From positions 1-63,885 of the forward strand of contig MFPL01000008.1 of NCBI GenBank assembly GCA_001784155.1: a stretch of 63,885 nucleotides of DNA, read 5' to 3'. The translations under genes and the position numbers were made by a program. A model generated the notes under the pieces. It did not search any database, was not told the origin of the DNA, and worked only from the letters and a program-made list of their open reading frames with translations. Positions 63,264 to 63,885 of this stretch are shown piece after piece. The DNA comes from Candidatus Levybacteria bacterium RIFCSPLOWO2_12_FULL_41_12 (GTDB lineage Bacteria > Patescibacteriota > Microgenomatia > Levybacterales > UBA12049). Position 1 is the stretch's first letter, and each line of letters begins with the position of its first letter.

Positions 63264-63815
63264 TTATGGAGTTGTGGGATTGTTTGGTATAACCTTAACC
63301 ACGCTTACCTCTTGAGGCGGAAGCTGTTTTCCTGTCTCTGTTCGAAATCCTCCGTCAGGCGTTTCGCTGCCTGGTATAAATTCTCCTTTTCCGTCAAAGG
63401 AAACACCGCCCTCTCCGTATACGTAGTAAAGTTCTGTCCCACCATCAAAAGGTATAAGTATTGAAAGCATTTCTCCTTGCGGATTAGCCTTGCTCCTTAT
63501 CACATGCGTTTTTACAATCTCCGGATTATTTACCCTTATCTCCTCAACGCCAGAAAGAGATTGTCCGTTTACGGTTAGACTGGATTCATCAACAGTATTG
63601 GGAGGATCGTATTGGCTTGGAAAATCTAAAGAAGTTCTCCCGTCGGCTCTCTCAAGATTTACAATAACAGCTCCACCTTGGTATATTTCTGTTGCCTGAG
63701 GGTGGGGCCTCATCTTTTCATGCAAAGCTGCGCCCACGAGTAACCCTCCTATAACAGTCGTAGTTATACCTCCTGCTATTGCAATTTCTCTTCGACTAGG
63801 TCTATCCTCAGCCAT
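63264..63815 (-). CDS. membrane-anchored orphan protein
   Basis: N-terminal TM (IAIAGGITTTVIGGLLVGAAL), beta-rich ectodomain. Confidence 0.6.
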   Translation of the reverse strand: MAEDRPSRREIAIAGGITTTVIGGLLVGAALHEKMRPHPQATEIYQGGAVIVNLERADGRTSLDFPSQYDPPNTVDESSLTVNGQSLSGVEEIRVNNPEIVKTHVIRSKANPQGEMLSILIPFDGGTELYYVYGEGGVSFDGKGEFIPGSETPDGGFRTETGKQLPPQEVSVVKVIPNNPTTP

Positions 63816-63885
63816 AATATAAGCTTAGCATGATAACCGAATTAATTTCAAGCTTTTGTGTCTGGTTTTTTAGAAGCGAATGGAT

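Noticed and set aside
1-63885. CRISPR arrays, rRNA genes, transposases, integrases, phage structural genes, reverse transcriptases
   Set aside because: I looked for regularly spaced direct repeats and for the usual catalytic motifs on both strands and found none. The only repeats are the mini-elements and short tandem words described above.

Overview
Compact, AT-rich, gene-dense bacterial window. It uses the standard code: TGA, TAA and TAG each terminate recognisable conserved genes. I call about 80 CDS, one tRNA-Leu(CAA) and one nonsense-interrupted gene. There is no rRNA, CRISPR array, transposase, integrase or obvious prophage. Most of the content is housekeeping: glyA, rpsB-tsf-frr-rseP, msrB, gdhA, proS, rpsU-ybeY, dnaX-ybaB-prs-recR, cysS, ychF, rpsF-ssb-rpsR, ctpA, murB, prfA, rpmE, hisS, dnaB, pepA, efp, yebC. 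Between these sit many small orphan, Pro-rich or membrane-anchored proteins. The style (shortened EF-Ts and RF1, and tiny GC-rich palindromes that read as PARPAGG or PSTSLRV when they fall inside ORFs) is what I associate with Candidate Phyla Radiation (Microgenomates-like) genomes. That taxonomic call is inference only. All product calls come from motif recognition by eye, with no searches run. Best leads, in order: (1) a 908-bp stretch at 61574-62481, between two convergent genes, with no ORF longer than 53 codons in any frame; it carries a promoter-like site, helix-forming segments and one SD-preceded 32-codon ORF. (2) Five same-strand copies of a 19-nt box ATTGACAnGrGGyAAAAAG within 3.1 kb (26.9-30.0 kb), placed in front of small accessory genes; one copy fires antisense into an orphan gene. 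(3) Families of short GC-rich hairpin elements inserted in frame into essential genes (ssb, recR, ychF), including an identical 30-mer in the ssb tail and in an intergenic region. (4) A PIN-like protein plus a 90-aa partner (41.8-43.0 kb), and a 534-aa orphan with a RelE/ParE-like C-terminus (1.4-3.0 kb). (5) A leaderless stand-alone RelA/SpoT-type HD hydrolase next to the ORF-free gap. (6) Three coding irregularities: TAG at the conserved Trp of a PQQ sugar dehydrogenase, a TPR gene whose first 116 codons have no in-frame start but connect to an upstream ATG across A_AAA_AAC, and a frame-shifting (CAAATCT)4 repeat inside a DHH-like gene. I cannot show that any of these is a new system. Each entry states the computation that would decide it.
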